Made by a program: the position numbers and the translations under genes | Shown here: one piece after another, positions 1 to 10,898 of the stretch | How the letters are laid out: each line of letters begins with the position of its first letter | How positions within the stretch are numbered: the stretch's first letter is position 1 | Notes under the pieces: generated by a model | What the model saw: the letters and a program-made list of their open reading frames with translations, nothing else | Told to the model about the DNA's origin: nothing | Databases searched by the model: none | Origin: Longimicrobiales bacterium | GTDB taxonomy: Bacteria > Gemmatimonadota > Gemmatimonadetes > Longimicrobiales > Gaopeijiaceae | Reading direction: 5' to 3' | NCBI GenBank assembly: GCA_965226375.1 | Contig: CBDDCX010000008.1 | Span: 2,112,001-2,176,000 of the forward strand | DNA: 64,000 nucleotides

Positions 1-2
1 CC

Positions 3-461
3 CTCAGGTTGGCACGAACCCCGGGCCTCGGAGCCCTCTTGGTGCGAGGTGCCAATGCCTTCGCTCGGGGAGCGGTCCGTACCTGCGTGACACGCGCACC
101 CATGTCGAAGGATGTAGCAGCCGGCTATCTGGAACCCTACGACTCCTGGGCCCACCGTATCGCGGTCCATCGCTTCGTGCAGGACATCCCGCTCCAGAAA
201 GGCGACCGCGCCTGGGCAACGGTGCGCGACACCGCGGATTCGCTTCATCGACTGACCGACCTACCGATGCTCCTTTGCTGGGGCATGAGGGACTTCGTGT
301 TCGACGAAGAGTTCCTGGACGAGTGGACCGCTCGTTTCCCGGCGGCTGAAGTCCACCGCTTCCCTGACTGTGGACACTACGTTCTCGAGGACGCCTCGCG
401 GGAGATCGTACCCCTGGTGCGGGGTTTTATCGAGGCGCATCCGCTCCACTCCCCGGTATGA
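3..461 (+). CDS. oleB: OleB-like alpha/beta hydrolase (haloalkane dehalogenase family, beta-lactone decarboxylase), 5'-partial
   Basis: C-terminal motifs RFVQDIPL, LLCWGMRDFVF and DCGHYVLED. The stop overlaps the oleC-like start (ATGA, 458-461). Confidence 0.8.
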   Translation, partial: LRLARTPGLGALLVRGANAFARGAVRTCVTRAPMSKDVAAGYLEPYDSWAHRIAVHRFVQDIPLQKGDRAWATVRDTADSLHRLTDLPMLLCWGMRDFVFDEEFLDEWTARFPAAEVHRFPDCGHYVLEDASREIVPLVRGFIEAHPLHSPV

Positions 462-2143
462 CCGACGAGGCTCCCCCCTCGCCGGCTCCTGCCGCCGGAC
501 ACGTGAACGTCGGAGCATACCTCCCGGAAATGGCGCTTACGCAGCCCGACGCGCTGGCCGTCGCGGTGGCCGCGGGCAGGAATCCGGATGGTACGGGACG
601 TTACGCCGAGCTGACGGCAGCCGAGCTCAATCGGCGCTCCGATCGCATCGCCCACGCCCTGGTGGACATCGGCATCGGCGAAGGAGTTCGCACGGTACTC
701 ATGGTCAAGCCCAGTCTCGAGTTCTTCGCCCTCACCTTCGCCATGCTAAAGATCGGGGCCATTCCCGTCATGGTCGATCCGGGGATGGGCACCAAGAACC
801 TGGGACGATGCCTCGCGGACGCGGAGCCAGAGGCCTTCATCGGTATCCCGAAGGCTCACGCCGCGCGCGTGGTGCTCGGCTGGGCCAAACGGACGCTCAA
901 GATCAAAGTCACGGTAGGTCGCCGCCTATTCTGGGGCGGACACTCCCTTGCAGCCCTGGAGGCCCAAGCGCCGGCGCACTCTTTTCCGACCCTGGATCCC
1001 GATCCGGAACAGACCGCAGCGATTCTATTCACCAGCGGAAGCACAGGGGTTCCCAAAGGCGTAGTGACACCCTTCCGGGTGTTCTCCGCCCAGGTCGACG
1101 CACTTCGCGACGTGTACGGAATCGAGCCCGGCGAGCGCGATCTCGCGACCTTGCCACTCTTCGCCCTCTTCGGCCCCGCGCTGGGAATGGCCTCCGTGGT
1201 ACCCGACATGGACGCCAGCCGACCGGGAGCGTCAGACCCGGCGCTACTCTTCCAGGCGTTCCGTGACTTCGAGTGCACCAACCTCTTCGCCTCGCCGGCG
1301 CTCATCGACAAGCTGGGTTCGTACTGTGACGATCAGGGTCTCGAGCTGACCTCTCTGCGCCGTGCGATCTCTGCGGGCGCCCCGGCGTCGAATCCAGCCT
1401 TGGAAACGTTCCAACGGTGCCTTCCGGAAGGCGCCGAGGTTCTCACGTCGTACGGAGCCACGGAGTCGTTGCCTGTATCGTACCTCGGGAGCCAGACCAT
1501 CCTCCGAGAGACTCGGCACCTCACGGACCGGGGTGCGGGCGTCTGCGTCGGCATGCCGGTGCCCGGCATCGAGGTGCGGATCCTGCCCATCCACGAGGAA
1601 CCCATCGAGCGCTGGTCGAACGACCTCGTTCTTCCCACCGGCGAGATCGGTGAGATCGCCGTACGTGGCCCCGTGGTGACGCCGTCGTACTTCAACCAGC
1701 CTGAGGCCACCAGACTCGCGAAGATCACTTCGCCCGACGGAGGCGTGTGGCACCGAATGGGTGACGTGGGCTACTTCGACGGCAGTGGCCGCCTGTGGAT
1801 GTGCGGCCGAAAGGGCCATCGGGTGGAGACGGTCAACGGCACCCTCTTCACCATCCCGTGTGAGGCTGTCTTCAACGTCCATCCTTCGGTGCGCCGGAGC
1901 GCACTGGTGGGTGTGCCACAGGAAGGCGCCACTGCGCCCGTCCTATGTGTGGAGAGAGAGCCCGCCACAGCCCACGACCAAGATCTCCTCACCGAGGAAC
2001 TCCTCGCCATCGCTCAGCAACATGAGCACACCCGCCAGATCGAACTCGTGCTCTTCCACGCTTCCTTCCCGATGGACGTGCGCCACAACGCGAAGATTTT
2101 CCGGGAGAAACTGGCGGAGTGGGCCAAGGAGAAGCTGGCGTGA
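458..2143 (+). CDS. oleC: OleC-like beta-lactone synthetase (AMP-dependent ligase)
   Basis: Motifs ILFTSGSTGVPKG, YGATESLP, HRMGDVGY and the C-terminal DVRHNAKIFREKLA. Lies between oleB-like and oleD-like genes. Confidence 0.85.
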   Translation: MTDEAPPSPAPAAGHVNVGAYLPEMALTQPDALAVAVAAGRNPDGTGRYAELTAAELNRRSDRIAHALVDIGIGEGVRTVLMVKPSLEFFALTFAMLKIGAIPVMVDPGMGTKNLGRCLADAEPEAFIGIPKAHAARVVLGWAKRTLKIKVTVGRRLFWGGHSLAALEAQAPAHSFPTLDPDPEQTAAILFTSGSTGVPKGVVTPFRVFSAQVDALRDVYGIEPGERDLATLPLFALFGPALGMASVVPDMDASRPGASDPALLFQAFRDFECTNLFASPALIDKLGSYCDDQGLELTSLRRAISAGAPASNPALETFQRCLPEGAEVLTSYGATESLPVSYLGSQTILRETRHLTDRGAGVCVGMPVPGIEVRILPIHEEPIERWSNDLVLPTGEIGEIAVRGPVVTPSYFNQPEATRLAKITSPDGGVWHRMGDVGYFDGSGRLWMCGRKGHRVETVNGTLFTIPCEAVFNVHPSVRRSALVGVPQEGATAPVLCVEREPATAHDQDLLTEELLAIAQQHEHTRQIELVLFHASFPMDVRHNAKIFREKLAEWAKEKLA

Positions 2144-2210
2144 CGTCACAAAGATGCTCGTGCACGACCCGTCGAGATGCTCCGCCGACAGGACGCGCGG
2201 GGGTGCTGAA

Positions 2211-3230
2211 GTGAGGGCGTTGGTCACCGGTGCGGGCGGCTTCCTCGGGGGCGCGATCGCACGGACGTTGAGGGAGCGGGGTGACCATGTCCGCGGCTTC
2301 TCGCGGGGTATTCATCCCGAGCTGGCGGCGCACGGCGTCGAGCAGCTGAGAGGCAACGTGGCCGATCCGGACGCCGTGATCGAGGCCACTCGGGGTGTGG
2401 ATATCGTCTTCCACGTCGCCGCAAAGGTGGCTGCGGGTGGGGCTCGCAAAGACTTCTACGACACCAACGTGACGGGGACGGAGAACGCCATCGCCGCCTG
2501 CCGGGAATGCGGGGTGGGCGCCCTGGTCTACACGTCGACCCCGAGTGTCACGTTCGGGAAGACGGACCTCGAAGGAGTGGACGAATCGATCGGATACGCC
2601 AACCACTTCGAGGCCTTGTACGGTGAGACCAAAGCGGAAGCAGAGCGTCGTGTCCTCGCCGCCGCCTCGGTCAGCTTCCGAACCATCGCTCTGAGACCTC
2701 ATCTGATCTGGGGCCCAGGTGATACGTCCGTCCTACCTCGCATCGTGGAGCGGGCACTCAAGGGTCAACTCCGCCGCATCGACGGCCCGCCCAAGCGCTC
2801 GGACCATGTATACGTCGACGACGCGGTCCGGGCGCATTTGCTCGCCGCCGACCGGCTCCTCGCCGGCGGGGCGGCGGCCTCACGGATCAGTGGGCAGCCC
2901 TACTTCATCACCGCGGGCGAGCCAGTCGAGATCTGGACCTTCTTGAACGGCCTCCTTCACGCCGCGGGTGTGCCTCCTGTAGAGAAGCGCGTTTCGTATC
3001 GGGCCGCCATGGCCGCAGGATGGGTGTTCGAGAAGCTGCACGCTCTGTCCGGGAGCAAGGGCGACCCGCGCATGAGTCGGTGGATCGTCAGGGAACTCAC
3101 CACATCGCACTGGTTCGATATCAGCGCGGCCCGCCGAGACCTCGGCTACGAGCCGCAGGTGCTCATGGAGGAGGGGATGAGGCACCTCGCGGCCTGGGTG
3201 GAAGATCATGGCGGAGTGCCGGGTGTCTGA
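2211..3230 (+). CDS. oleD: OleD-like NAD(P)-dependent 2-alkyl-3-oxoalkanoate reductase (extended SDR / 3-beta-HSD family)
   Basis: GTG start giving MRALVTGAGGFLGG, plus YTSTPSV, catalytic YGETK and LRPHLIWGPGD. The ORF-track start at 1761 lies inside oleC. Confidence 0.8.
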   Translation: MRALVTGAGGFLGGAIARTLRERGDHVRGFSRGIHPELAAHGVEQLRGNVADPDAVIEATRGVDIVFHVAAKVAAGGARKDFYDTNVTGTENAIAACRECGVGALVYTSTPSVTFGKTDLEGVDESIGYANHFEALYGETKAEAERRVLAAASVSFRTIALRPHLIWGPGDTSVLPRIVERALKGQLRRIDGPPKRSDHVYVDDAVRAHLLAADRLLAGGAAASRISGQPYFITAGEPVEIWTFLNGLLHAAGVPPVEKRVSYRAAMAAGWVFEKLHALSGSKGDPRMSRWIVRELTTSHWFDISAARRDLGYEPQVLMEEGMRHLAAWVEDHGGVPGV

Positions 3231-3954
3231 GGAGGGAGCGCGGGCCCAAGATTGGAGACCCGCTTCGGAATGGACACCACCCGTCGGAGACGTCATCGAC
3301 GTGTGGCGTTTGGATCTGAGCGTTACGGACGAGGACTGGGCCCTTCTGAGCCCGGACGAGTCGGAGCGCGCCAACCGCATCGTCGTGGAGGTCAAGCGGG
3401 ATCAGAAGGCATCCGGTAGAGCGCACTTGAGGCGCATCCTGTCGCTCTACGTCGATATCGGTGCTAGCGACCTGCGCTTCGAGTACGGCGAACACGGTAA
3501 ACCCGGCCTACCCGAGCACACCGATCTGAGCTTCAACCTCTCCCACTCGGAGAAGGTCGGCCTGGTCGCAGTGACCTATGGAACGCGCATCGGGGTCGAC
3601 GTCGAGCATGCGCGTGAAGGACGGGACTTCGTGGGCCTGGCACGCCGCTTCTTCTCCACGGTGGAGAGCGACGCCTTGATGGAGCTTACCGAACCGGAGC
3701 GGCTGGCAGCTTTCTACCGCGCGTGGACCCACAAGGAAGCCTACCTCAAGGCACTGGGGACGGGTCTGAGCTTCCCGTCGAACGGCTTCACCATCGACCA
3801 TACCGCTAAGGGTGGAGGACGCGTGGTGAGCACCGACATGCCCGGGGACGACCCCGGGGCCTGGCGCTTCACCCACGTTGAGCTCAGCTCCGCTTTCGCG
3901 GGGGCAGTCTGCTTCGACGGACGAAATCGACTCATTCGGTGGTGGGGGGGCTGA
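3208..3954 (+). CDS. Sfp-type 4'-phosphopantetheinyl transferase
   Basis: Motifs HGKP, FNLSHS, IGVDVE and WTHKEAYLKALG. Confidence 0.9.
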   Translation: MAECRVSEEGARAQDWRPASEWTPPVGDVIDVWRLDLSVTDEDWALLSPDESERANRIVVEVKRDQKASGRAHLRRILSLYVDIGASDLRFEYGEHGKPGLPEHTDLSFNLSHSEKVGLVAVTYGTRIGVDVEHAREGRDFVGLARRFFSTVESDALMELTEPERLAAFYRAWTHKEAYLKALGTGLSFPSNGFTIDHTAKGGGRVVSTDMPGDDPGAWRFTHVELSSAFAGAVCFDGRNRLIRWWGG

Positions 3955-3967
3955 GCGGCACCGGCCC

Positions 3968-4608
3968 TTAGTCCCCCTTCAACGCCACCATCGGATCCAC
4001 GCGGCTCGCCCTGAGCGCCGGCACCACCGCAGCCAAGAGTGCGGTCGCCCCGATAACGCCGCCCACCGCAATAAGAGTGAGCGGGTCCGACCCGTTCACT
4101 CCGAACAGCAGGCCCCCCATGGCACGGGTGGTCAGCACGCCCAGTCCGATTCCCACTCCCCCGCCCACGAGCGCCAAGACGGCGCTCTCGCTCACGACGC
4201 CCCGCAGAACCTCCTCGGAGCTCGCGCCCAGCGCTTTGCGCAGACCGATCTCCGGCACGCGCTGACTCACCGAAATGGAGAGCACGCCGTATACGCCCAC
4301 GCACGCCAGACAAATCGCGATGATCCCGAAGATCTGGAGCAACGCCCGTGCGAAGCGCTCGGTAGCGAGGGACGTCGCCACGATCGATTCCATGGTCTTC
4401 ACCCGTGACATCGGCACCGTCGGATCCATCTCACTCAGGACTCGGCGGGCTACGGGCATGGCGTCGAGCGGATCTCCCCCCTCGGTGAGCATCGCGATAT
4501 ACATCCCCCCCGGAGTCGAGTAGGCAGACGTCAGCGACTGCTTGTACGGCATGTACATCCGGGGCACAGGCTCAGCCGCGATCCGCTGTTCCTTCACGTC
4601 GGGGATAG
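3968..4608 (-). pseudogene. C-terminal fragment of an ADOP-type ABC permease (FtsX domain)
   Basis: GVYGVLSISVSQRVPEIGLRKALGA ... RASRVDPMVALKGD. Similarity ends abruptly upstream of DVKEQ near 4605. Confidence 0.8.
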
Positions 4609-4722
4609 GTAAGTTGCACAAGGTTGGAAGGATGTGTTTGCGTGCACCGGCGCGGCACAGACCGACCCTGTGGAGGTGTTCCGGACGAACTAGCCGCAAG
4701 GAAGCCGCCACGAGTTACAGGC

Positions 4723-4757
4723 AAAGAAGAAGCCCCCGGGCGTGACAGCCGGGGGCT
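4723..4757 (-). terminator. Rho-independent terminator
   Basis: On the minus strand AGCCCCCGG-N9-CCGGGGGCT is followed by TCTTCTTT, about 50 nt after the stop of 4808-5707. Confidence 0.75.
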
Positions 4758-4807
4758 CTCCTAAGCCTGCCGGTGCGATCGGCGCCGGCCTGATCTCCGG
4801 GGAGGGC

Positions 4808-5707
4808 CTAGTCGGCCAGCGGCTGCATGTTCCCGACCTCCCAATGGATCTGCCAGCTTCCGTCTTCGGCCTGTTTGCAGAGAAGCAGGAACGACCCGAC
4901 CGCGAGCGGATCACCGCCCTCGGACGCGTCCACCTGGAACCACCCTCCATCCAGGGCCCACCCCTCTGCGAGGGGAATCGTAGCGACGTCATGGATCGTG
5001 AGGTGAGCGCCGGGGCTCTCGGCCAGGAACTCCTCCAAATAAGCGGTAACCGCCTCGCGGCCTACCGTGATCGGACTGTCACCGCTGGACGTGATGGCGT
5101 CGTCGGTATAGTAGCCCGCCGCCACTGAGGCGTGGCCCATGTTGAAGTGAGTTGCCAACCCACCCAACATGTCCGTCATCGTGCCCTCGTCTTCAGGGGC
5201 ATCCTCTCCGTCCCCCACCACATAGGCCCAGCCCTCGGGGCGAGGAGAGTCATAGTTGGTAACCACCAGGTTGATCTTCCAATCACCCGACTCCTTGGTG
5301 AACGAGGTCAGATACGCGCCCGTGATGGTCATGGGATCCGCACCCTCGGGGGTGGTCTCGACCGAGTAGGAACCCAGGGCGACCGCCAGGCCGTCGAAGA
5401 CCATCATCTCCTCCCCGGTGAGCGATATGTTCGGGGACCCGGCCATCTGAGTCTCGAGAGAGGCCGTGTTGTCCTCCCGCCCCATGACGACTGCGCCGTC
5501 GGCATTTAGCGTGACAACCTCGTCCGTGTAGTAACCGGCCACTACCGACGCATGATGCATGTTGTAGTGTTGCGCCCAGCCCTCGCGAAGCTCGACGAGC
5601 TGTTCCTCGTCCGTCATTTCGGCTGCGGCAGGCGCCTCTTCAGCGTCGCCACCACACGAGATGAAGAGCATGGCCGTGAGCGCGGTCATGAGAGTGCGGG
5701 TCTTCAT
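4808..5707 (-). CDS. Lipoprotein with tandem NTF2-like (SnoaL/DUF4440) domains
   Basis: GGAGG RBS before MKTRTLM, lipobox FISC, and two internal repeats HYNMHHASVVAGYYTDE / HFNMGHASVAAGYYTDD. Confidence 0.75.
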   Translation of the reverse strand: MKTRTLMTALTAMLFISCGGDAEEAPAAAEMTDEEQLVELREGWAQHYNMHHASVVAGYYTDEVVTLNADGAVVMGREDNTASLETQMAGSPNISLTGEEMMVFDGLAVALGSYSVETTPEGADPMTITGAYLTSFTKESGDWKINLVVTNYDSPRPEGWAYVVGDGEDAPEDEGTMTDMLGGLATHFNMGHASVAAGYYTDDAITSSGDSPITVGREAVTAYLEEFLAESPGAHLTIHDVATIPLAEGWALDGGWFQVDASEGGDPLAVGSFLLLCKQAEDGSWQIHWEVGNMQPLAD

Positions 5708-5885
5708 GGTGTACCTCCGACGGATGGTGCGGGATGCAGGTATGCCGCGGGCACGTAGAGTGGGGGCTTTACAAGGGTCCGTCAAATGCCGAGTGACGCT
5801 ATCACCACCGGCTTTCGACCGCGCGGAGTCCCCGACTCACACGGAGCCACCCCACCGGGTCAAAGCCACCTGCCGAAACACCGCT

Positions 5886-8615
5886 CTACTCCTGCTTGAG
5901 CGCCCGGATCGGGTCCACCGAAGCGGCACGCCGTCCGGGCACGAGGGCGGCCAATATCGTGCTGGTCAATACCACCACCGCCACCGTGCCGAAGGTCACC
6001 GGATCGGTGCGGGATACTCCGAACAGAAGGCTCTCGAGGACCCGTGAGGATCCAGCGGCCACCCCCAGTCCGATGCCCACGCCGATGACGCCCAGAACGA
6101 CCGCCTGCAGCACCGTCTTCCGGAGCACCTCACCCGGCCTCGCCCCGAGGGCGATGCGCAGACCGATCTCCCGTGTCCGCCGTGAGACCATATACGACGT
6201 CGATCCGTATACGCCGATCGCACCTAGCAGCAGGGCCGGGAGCGCGAACGTCATGAGAAGTGACGAGAGAAAACGCTCGCCCGCCATGGATGCGTCGACC
6301 TGGTCCGTCATCGAGCGCACCGAGCCCACGGGGATCTCGGGATCCAGACCGGCGAGAGCCCCCTGCACCGCCGCACGTATCTCCTCGGCGGGGATAGAGG
6401 TTCGTATGGTCATCGCCATGGACGGCACGGGGCCAAACGGCACGTCGACCATGGGGAAATAGGACTGAGCGCGGGGTGGTGAGCCCAGACCCCTGGCCTT
6501 CACGTCCCGGACCACTCCCACGACCTCCCGCCACACGGGCTCCGAGAAGTCGATGTTGACACGCTGACCGATCGCCTCCTCGCCGGGCCAGAGCCTCTCT
6601 GCCGCCGTCTCGCTGAGGATCACTACTCCCTCTGGTCGTTCGAGGTCGGATGGCTCGAACAGGCGTCCCGCCACCAGCTCCATATCCAGCGTTTCGATGT
6701 ATCCGGCGCTCACCCAGTTGGGGTCGGCGGCGTGCCAATCGGCATCCTCTACGTTGTCGGGGAGCAAAGGCCAATCGCTCATCCCGCTCTGCATCGGTGT
6801 CTGCCACGACACGCCTGCCGAGATCACTCCGGGCACGGCCTCAATCTCCGACAGCAGGGCCCGATACAGGCGGCGCACCGATTCCAGATCCGGGTACGCG
6901 GCCCTGCTGCCATTGATCTGCACCATGAGCAGATCCGACGAGTCGAACCCCGGATCCACCGCTCGGAGATTGGCGATGCTGCGAACTAGGAGCAGGGCGC
7001 CCGAGATCAATACGACGGCCGCCGAAATCTGCCCTACCACCAGCGCACGCCTCAGTGTGTGGCGAGTGGGTATGGCCCCCGTACGAGACTCGCCCTTGAT
7101 CGTGCGCTGGAGGTCACCTAGAGAGGCGTGTAAGCCGGGCACCAGGCCCGCGAGCAGTCCAGCTAGAATGGTCACGCCGGCACTGAAGAGCAGGACGGTT
7201 CCGTCGAGCCCGACCTCGAAAGGCATGAGGCCGGCCGGAGCCAGCGAGACGAGCATCCCCCGGGCCAGGAAGGCGAGGAGTAGCCCTACGAGACCGCCAC
7301 CGAGGCTCAGAACGACACCCTCCACAATGACGTGGAGGAGCACCCGCCGCTGGCTCGCACCCAATGCGGCACGGACCGCGATCTCGGATGCACGCTCCTC
7401 GCTTCGGGCCAAGAGCAGATTCGTCACGTTGGCGCACGCCACGAGGAGCACGAGCCCCACCGTCGCCAGCAGTATCATGAGTGTGGGACGCGCGTCGCCC
7501 GCGATGTGCTCCCGAAGGGGTACCACCTGCACGTCGCGAGAACCGGCGTTGCCGATCTCGGGGTATAGACTCTCCAGTCTATGCACCGCCCGGACGAACG
7601 CTCGCTCTGCTACCAGCTCGTCCCTCCCAGCCGCCAACCGCCCAACGACGGACAGGTTGTGGAACTCCACCATGCGCGTGTCGAACGCTTGCGGATCGAT
7701 TCGGAGCGGCGTCCAGAAGCTCACAGTCTGACCCGAGGCCACGTATTCACTGAGTGAACGGTGGTCGGGCGGCATGACGCCCACCACCGAGAGACTTTGA
7801 CCGTCCAGCTCCACGGTCCGGTCAAGAATGTTCGGATCCGCTCCGAACGCGGACTGCCAAATACCGTGGCTGAGAACGATCACCGGTGTCGAGCCGGGCT
7901 GTGCCTCTTCAGGGAGAAATCCTCGGCCCATGGACGGACCGACGCCCAGAACCTCGAAGTAGCTCGGCGAGACGCTGAGTCCCCGCAGCCGAAGGGGTGC
8001 ATCGCCACCCGTGAGATTCGCCGCCCGACCCGAGATGGCCGCGATGCTGGCCAGTGCGCCATCCTCCTGGCGAAACTCCCAGAACTCCGGAGCCGACACC
8101 GCACCCGTCTGTCCCGAAGGTAGGTAGCGGTTCTGGACCCAGACCAGCTGCTCACCGGCCGGGTATGGGAACGGTCTCAAGAGCACAGCATTCACCACGC
8201 TGAAGATTGCCGTGTTCGCACCGATTCCCACGGCCAAGGTCAGTACGGCCACCACAGTGAGCGCCGGCTTGCGTCTTAACGAGCGTACGGACTGGCACAC
8301 TTCATTCCATAGGATCTCCATCACGTCCCCCCCTCCCAATCGTTTCAGTTCCCGCGGTCGATCCACTTGCCCTGCCCGCCGTCCCGCCTGCGGCCTCGAC
8401 GTGAGCCATGCTCGGACCGCCGTGCCCAAAAAGTCCCGGAGCAGCCAGACGACGAGTCCCAATTGGGATCCGGGCCCGTTGCTAGGGGTGCGGATCACGT
8501 CCCGGTACGCCTGGATTACGTCGTCCCCTTGCCGCCTCCGGAAGTCGGGCGGATAACACCAGAGGGCCATTCGGAGCAGGCGCTCCAGCCATCCAGGAAG
8601 CGTAGTCCGTGCCAT
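5886..8615 (-). CDS. ADOP-type duplicated ABC permease with N-terminal prefix domain
   Basis: TLAVGIGANTAIFSVVNAVLLRP, LLVACANVTNLLLAR, REIGLRIALGA, DPIRALKQE. Starts 4 nt after a padR stop. Confidence 0.9.
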   Translation of the reverse strand: MARTTLPGWLERLLRMALWCYPPDFRRRQGDDVIQAYRDVIRTPSNGPGSQLGLVVWLLRDFLGTAVRAWLTSRPQAGRRAGQVDRPRELKRLGGGDVMEILWNEVCQSVRSLRRKPALTVVAVLTLAVGIGANTAIFSVVNAVLLRPFPYPAGEQLVWVQNRYLPSGQTGAVSAPEFWEFRQEDGALASIAAISGRAANLTGGDAPLRLRGLSVSPSYFEVLGVGPSMGRGFLPEEAQPGSTPVIVLSHGIWQSAFGADPNILDRTVELDGQSLSVVGVMPPDHRSLSEYVASGQTVSFWTPLRIDPQAFDTRMVEFHNLSVVGRLAAGRDELVAERAFVRAVHRLESLYPEIGNAGSRDVQVVPLREHIAGDARPTLMILLATVGLVLLVACANVTNLLLARSEERASEIAVRAALGASQRRVLLHVIVEGVVLSLGGGLVGLLLAFLARGMLVSLAPAGLMPFEVGLDGTVLLFSAGVTILAGLLAGLVPGLHASLGDLQRTIKGESRTGAIPTRHTLRRALVVGQISAAVVLISGALLLVRSIANLRAVDPGFDSSDLLMVQINGSRAAYPDLESVRRLYRALLSEIEAVPGVISAGVSWQTPMQSGMSDWPLLPDNVEDADWHAADPNWVSAGYIETLDMELVAGRLFEPSDLERPEGVVILSETAAERLWPGEEAIGQRVNIDFSEPVWREVVGVVRDVKARGLGSPPRAQSYFPMVDVPFGPVPSMAMTIRTSIPAEEIRAAVQGALAGLDPEIPVGSVRSMTDQVDASMAGERFLSSLLMTFALPALLLGAIGVYGSTSYMVSRRTREIGLRIALGARPGEVLRKTVLQAVVLGVIGVGIGLGVAAGSSRVLESLLFGVSRTDPVTFGTVAVVVLTSTILAALVPGRRAASVDPIRALKQE

Positions 8616-8619
8616 GGGT

Positions 8620-8988
8620 TCAGGCCGACTTCGTGTCGCTGATCAAGTCCTTGGACCGCGCCACGGCCACGATGTCCGCTAACGTCGCGAGCTCCGACGC
8701 AAGCACATCCTTTCCGTATTCCGTGAGCCGGTAGTACTTCCGTCGAGAGTCGTCCAGATCCGGGTCCGGACGCTGATCCGACTCCTCGATCATGCCTGAC
8801 TCCGTGAGGCGATTGATGGTGAAGTAGAGCGATCCGGGTCCCAGTTTCACGCTCCCCCGACTGCGCTCCGCAACCTCCTGCATAATTCGGTAGCCGTGGG
8901 TTTCCCCATCCGCCACCGCCAAGAGCACGTGAAAAACGGCGGGAGTCATCTTGAACGGTGCCTTCACCGGCGCCTCATTGTTACCCAT
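8620..8988 (-). CDS. PadR-family transcriptional regulator
   Basis: HGYRIMQEV, GPGSLYFTINRL and RRKYYRLT winged-helix motifs. Confidence 0.9.
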   Translation of the reverse strand: MGNNEAPVKAPFKMTPAVFHVLLAVADGETHGYRIMQEVAERSRGSVKLGPGSLYFTINRLTESGMIEESDQRPDPDLDDSRRKYYRLTEYGKDVLASELATLADIVAVARSKDLISDTKSA

Positions 8989-9016
8989 CGGGGCTGTCCT
9001 GTCTCTGGCGATTCAC

Positions 9017-9150
9017 TCAGTAACTGATATATCAGTAACTAGACTAATCGATCAGGACCGGACTGTGAAGGGCGGGATGCTCTGGGAGTTGCCCTCCGAA
9101 CACGCCCTATATAGTTTCCTAGATACCTATATAGTATACTAGTTATTAGT
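9017..9150. promoter_or_regulatory. Divergent promoter region with putative PadR operators
   Basis: AT-rich. Perfect palindrome ACTGATATATCAGT (9023-9036) near the left padR, and two copies of CCTATATAGT near the right padR. Confidence 0.55.
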
Positions 9151-9165
9151 GCACCGGGAGCGCCC

Positions 9166-9489
9166 ATGGGCAAGCTGAAACTGACATATACGACCGCCAT
9201 GGTGCTCCACGCCGTCAGTGAAGGATACCGGTACGGATTCGACATCATGGAAGGTTCCGGCCTCCCAGACGGCACCGTATATCCTGTGCTCCGACGGCTC
9301 GAAGCCTCGGGCCATGTCTGTTCCGAGTGGGAAGACGAGTCGAAAGCCACGGCCGACAAGCGGCCGCAACGTCGGTACTACGAGTTGACGCCGATGGGTG
9401 AGGGTCTACTCCGGGACGCCCGCGATCGCTTTCCGGGATTGCGCGGGTCCTTGGGGTCAAACCCCGTGCGCGGGGTCGGGCCCGCTTGA
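9166..9489 (+). CDS. PadR-family transcriptional regulator
   Basis: YGFDIM, GTVYPVLRRLE, QRRYYELT. The stop overlaps the next start. Confidence 0.9.
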   Translation: MGKLKLTYTTAMVLHAVSEGYRYGFDIMEGSGLPDGTVYPVLRRLEASGHVCSEWEDESKATADKRPQRRYYELTPMGEGLLRDARDRFPGLRGSLGSNPVRGVGPA

Positions 9490-10898
9490 CGACAATGAAC
9501 AGCCAACCGACTCTGCCCCGCCTCTCGCGGGCCATCCTGCGCTCCCTCGGCAAGCTTATCCCGCTCGATCTACGAGACCGCTGGCTCCGAGAATGGACCG
9601 CCGAGTTCGTCCATTGGTGGAACCGATTGCAGCCTAGCCAACGCCGCGGGATTCTCGGTATCCTGCGCCAACTGTATCGAACAGCTCTCGCCGCGATGGA
9701 CGCCCTGCACGTTCGGAGGCTGGAGTCGGCCAACCACCCTGGCGGCCTGATCCGGGATCTGCTCCAGGACGGTGGGTTCGCCCTGCGGTCTCTGGCGCGA
9801 CAGCCGGGCTTCACCCTCGTAGCCATACTGACCATGGGACTTGGGATCGGGGTCTCGACCACGATCTTCAGTCTTGTGAACGGGATCCTCCTCAACCCTC
9901 TGTCCTACCCCGAGCCCGACCGGGTCGTGTCCGTCTGGCCGGAGCGTTGGTTCTCGCCTTCGTTCTTCGAATACCTGGAAGAAGAGACGACTTCCTATGC
10001 CTCCATGGCGGGATGGACGTGGAAGGCTCACGTGGATATCGGATCCGACGGAGCCTCGAGGTTGTGGGGTCCCATGGTCACGGACGGTTTCTTCGATGTC
10101 CTCGATCCCGACCCGATCCTGGGACGCACGTTCGCCAACGGTGAGGACCGAGCCGGTAGCGACAACGTGGCCGTGCTTTCATACAACTTCTGGCAACGCC
10201 GTTTCGAGGGGGACCCCGGCGTCCTCGGCAAGAGCATCGAACTCCGCGGCACGCAACGCGTCATTATCGGGGTTATGCACCCGGGGTTCGACTTTCTTCA
10301 TGCCGGCACCGACGTGGTGCTACCCGTCTCCATTGACCCCGATGCGGTCGGATATGGTGACTCGAGCTACAAGGTCGTGGCCAGGCTGAAGGAAGGCGTC
10401 TCCCGAGAGCAGGCCCATGCCGAGCTCCAGACGCTCGCGTCGCGGATTCGCGAGGAGAACGAGCTTCCACCCGAGTGGGGACTGGATGCCGGGGTCGTGC
10501 CGTTGCGGGAGAGCATGGTCGGTGACATCCGGCCGACGCTTCTGCTCCTCTTCGGGGCGGTCGGGCTCCTCCTGCTCATCGCCACGGCCAACGTGGCGAA
10601 TCTCCTCCTGGCCCGAGCCCTGACCCGTCAACGGGAAGTATCACTCCGGCTGGCCCTGGGAGCCGAGAGAGGTCGGCTCGTACGCCAGTTGTTAACCGAG
10701 AGTACCGTCCTGGGCCTTCTGGGCGTGATCCCCGGGATCGCCGGTGCATGGCTCGGGCTCCGAGCCGTGCTCTCCCTGCTGCCCGCCGATACTCCACGCC
10801 TGTCCGAAGTCAGCGTGGACCTTCCGGTTCTCGTCTTCTCGATGGCCCTGGCGTTGATCACCGGCTGGGGTGGTAGCGGTCGAGGTGGCACTGGCCGA
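9486..10898 (+). pseudogene. ADOP-type permease, N-terminal half only (truncated)
   Basis: Typical ADOP sequence up to ALITGW (~10868), then an out-of-frame VVAVEVALA piece (10870-10896), then unrelated inverted sequence. Confidence 0.8.
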
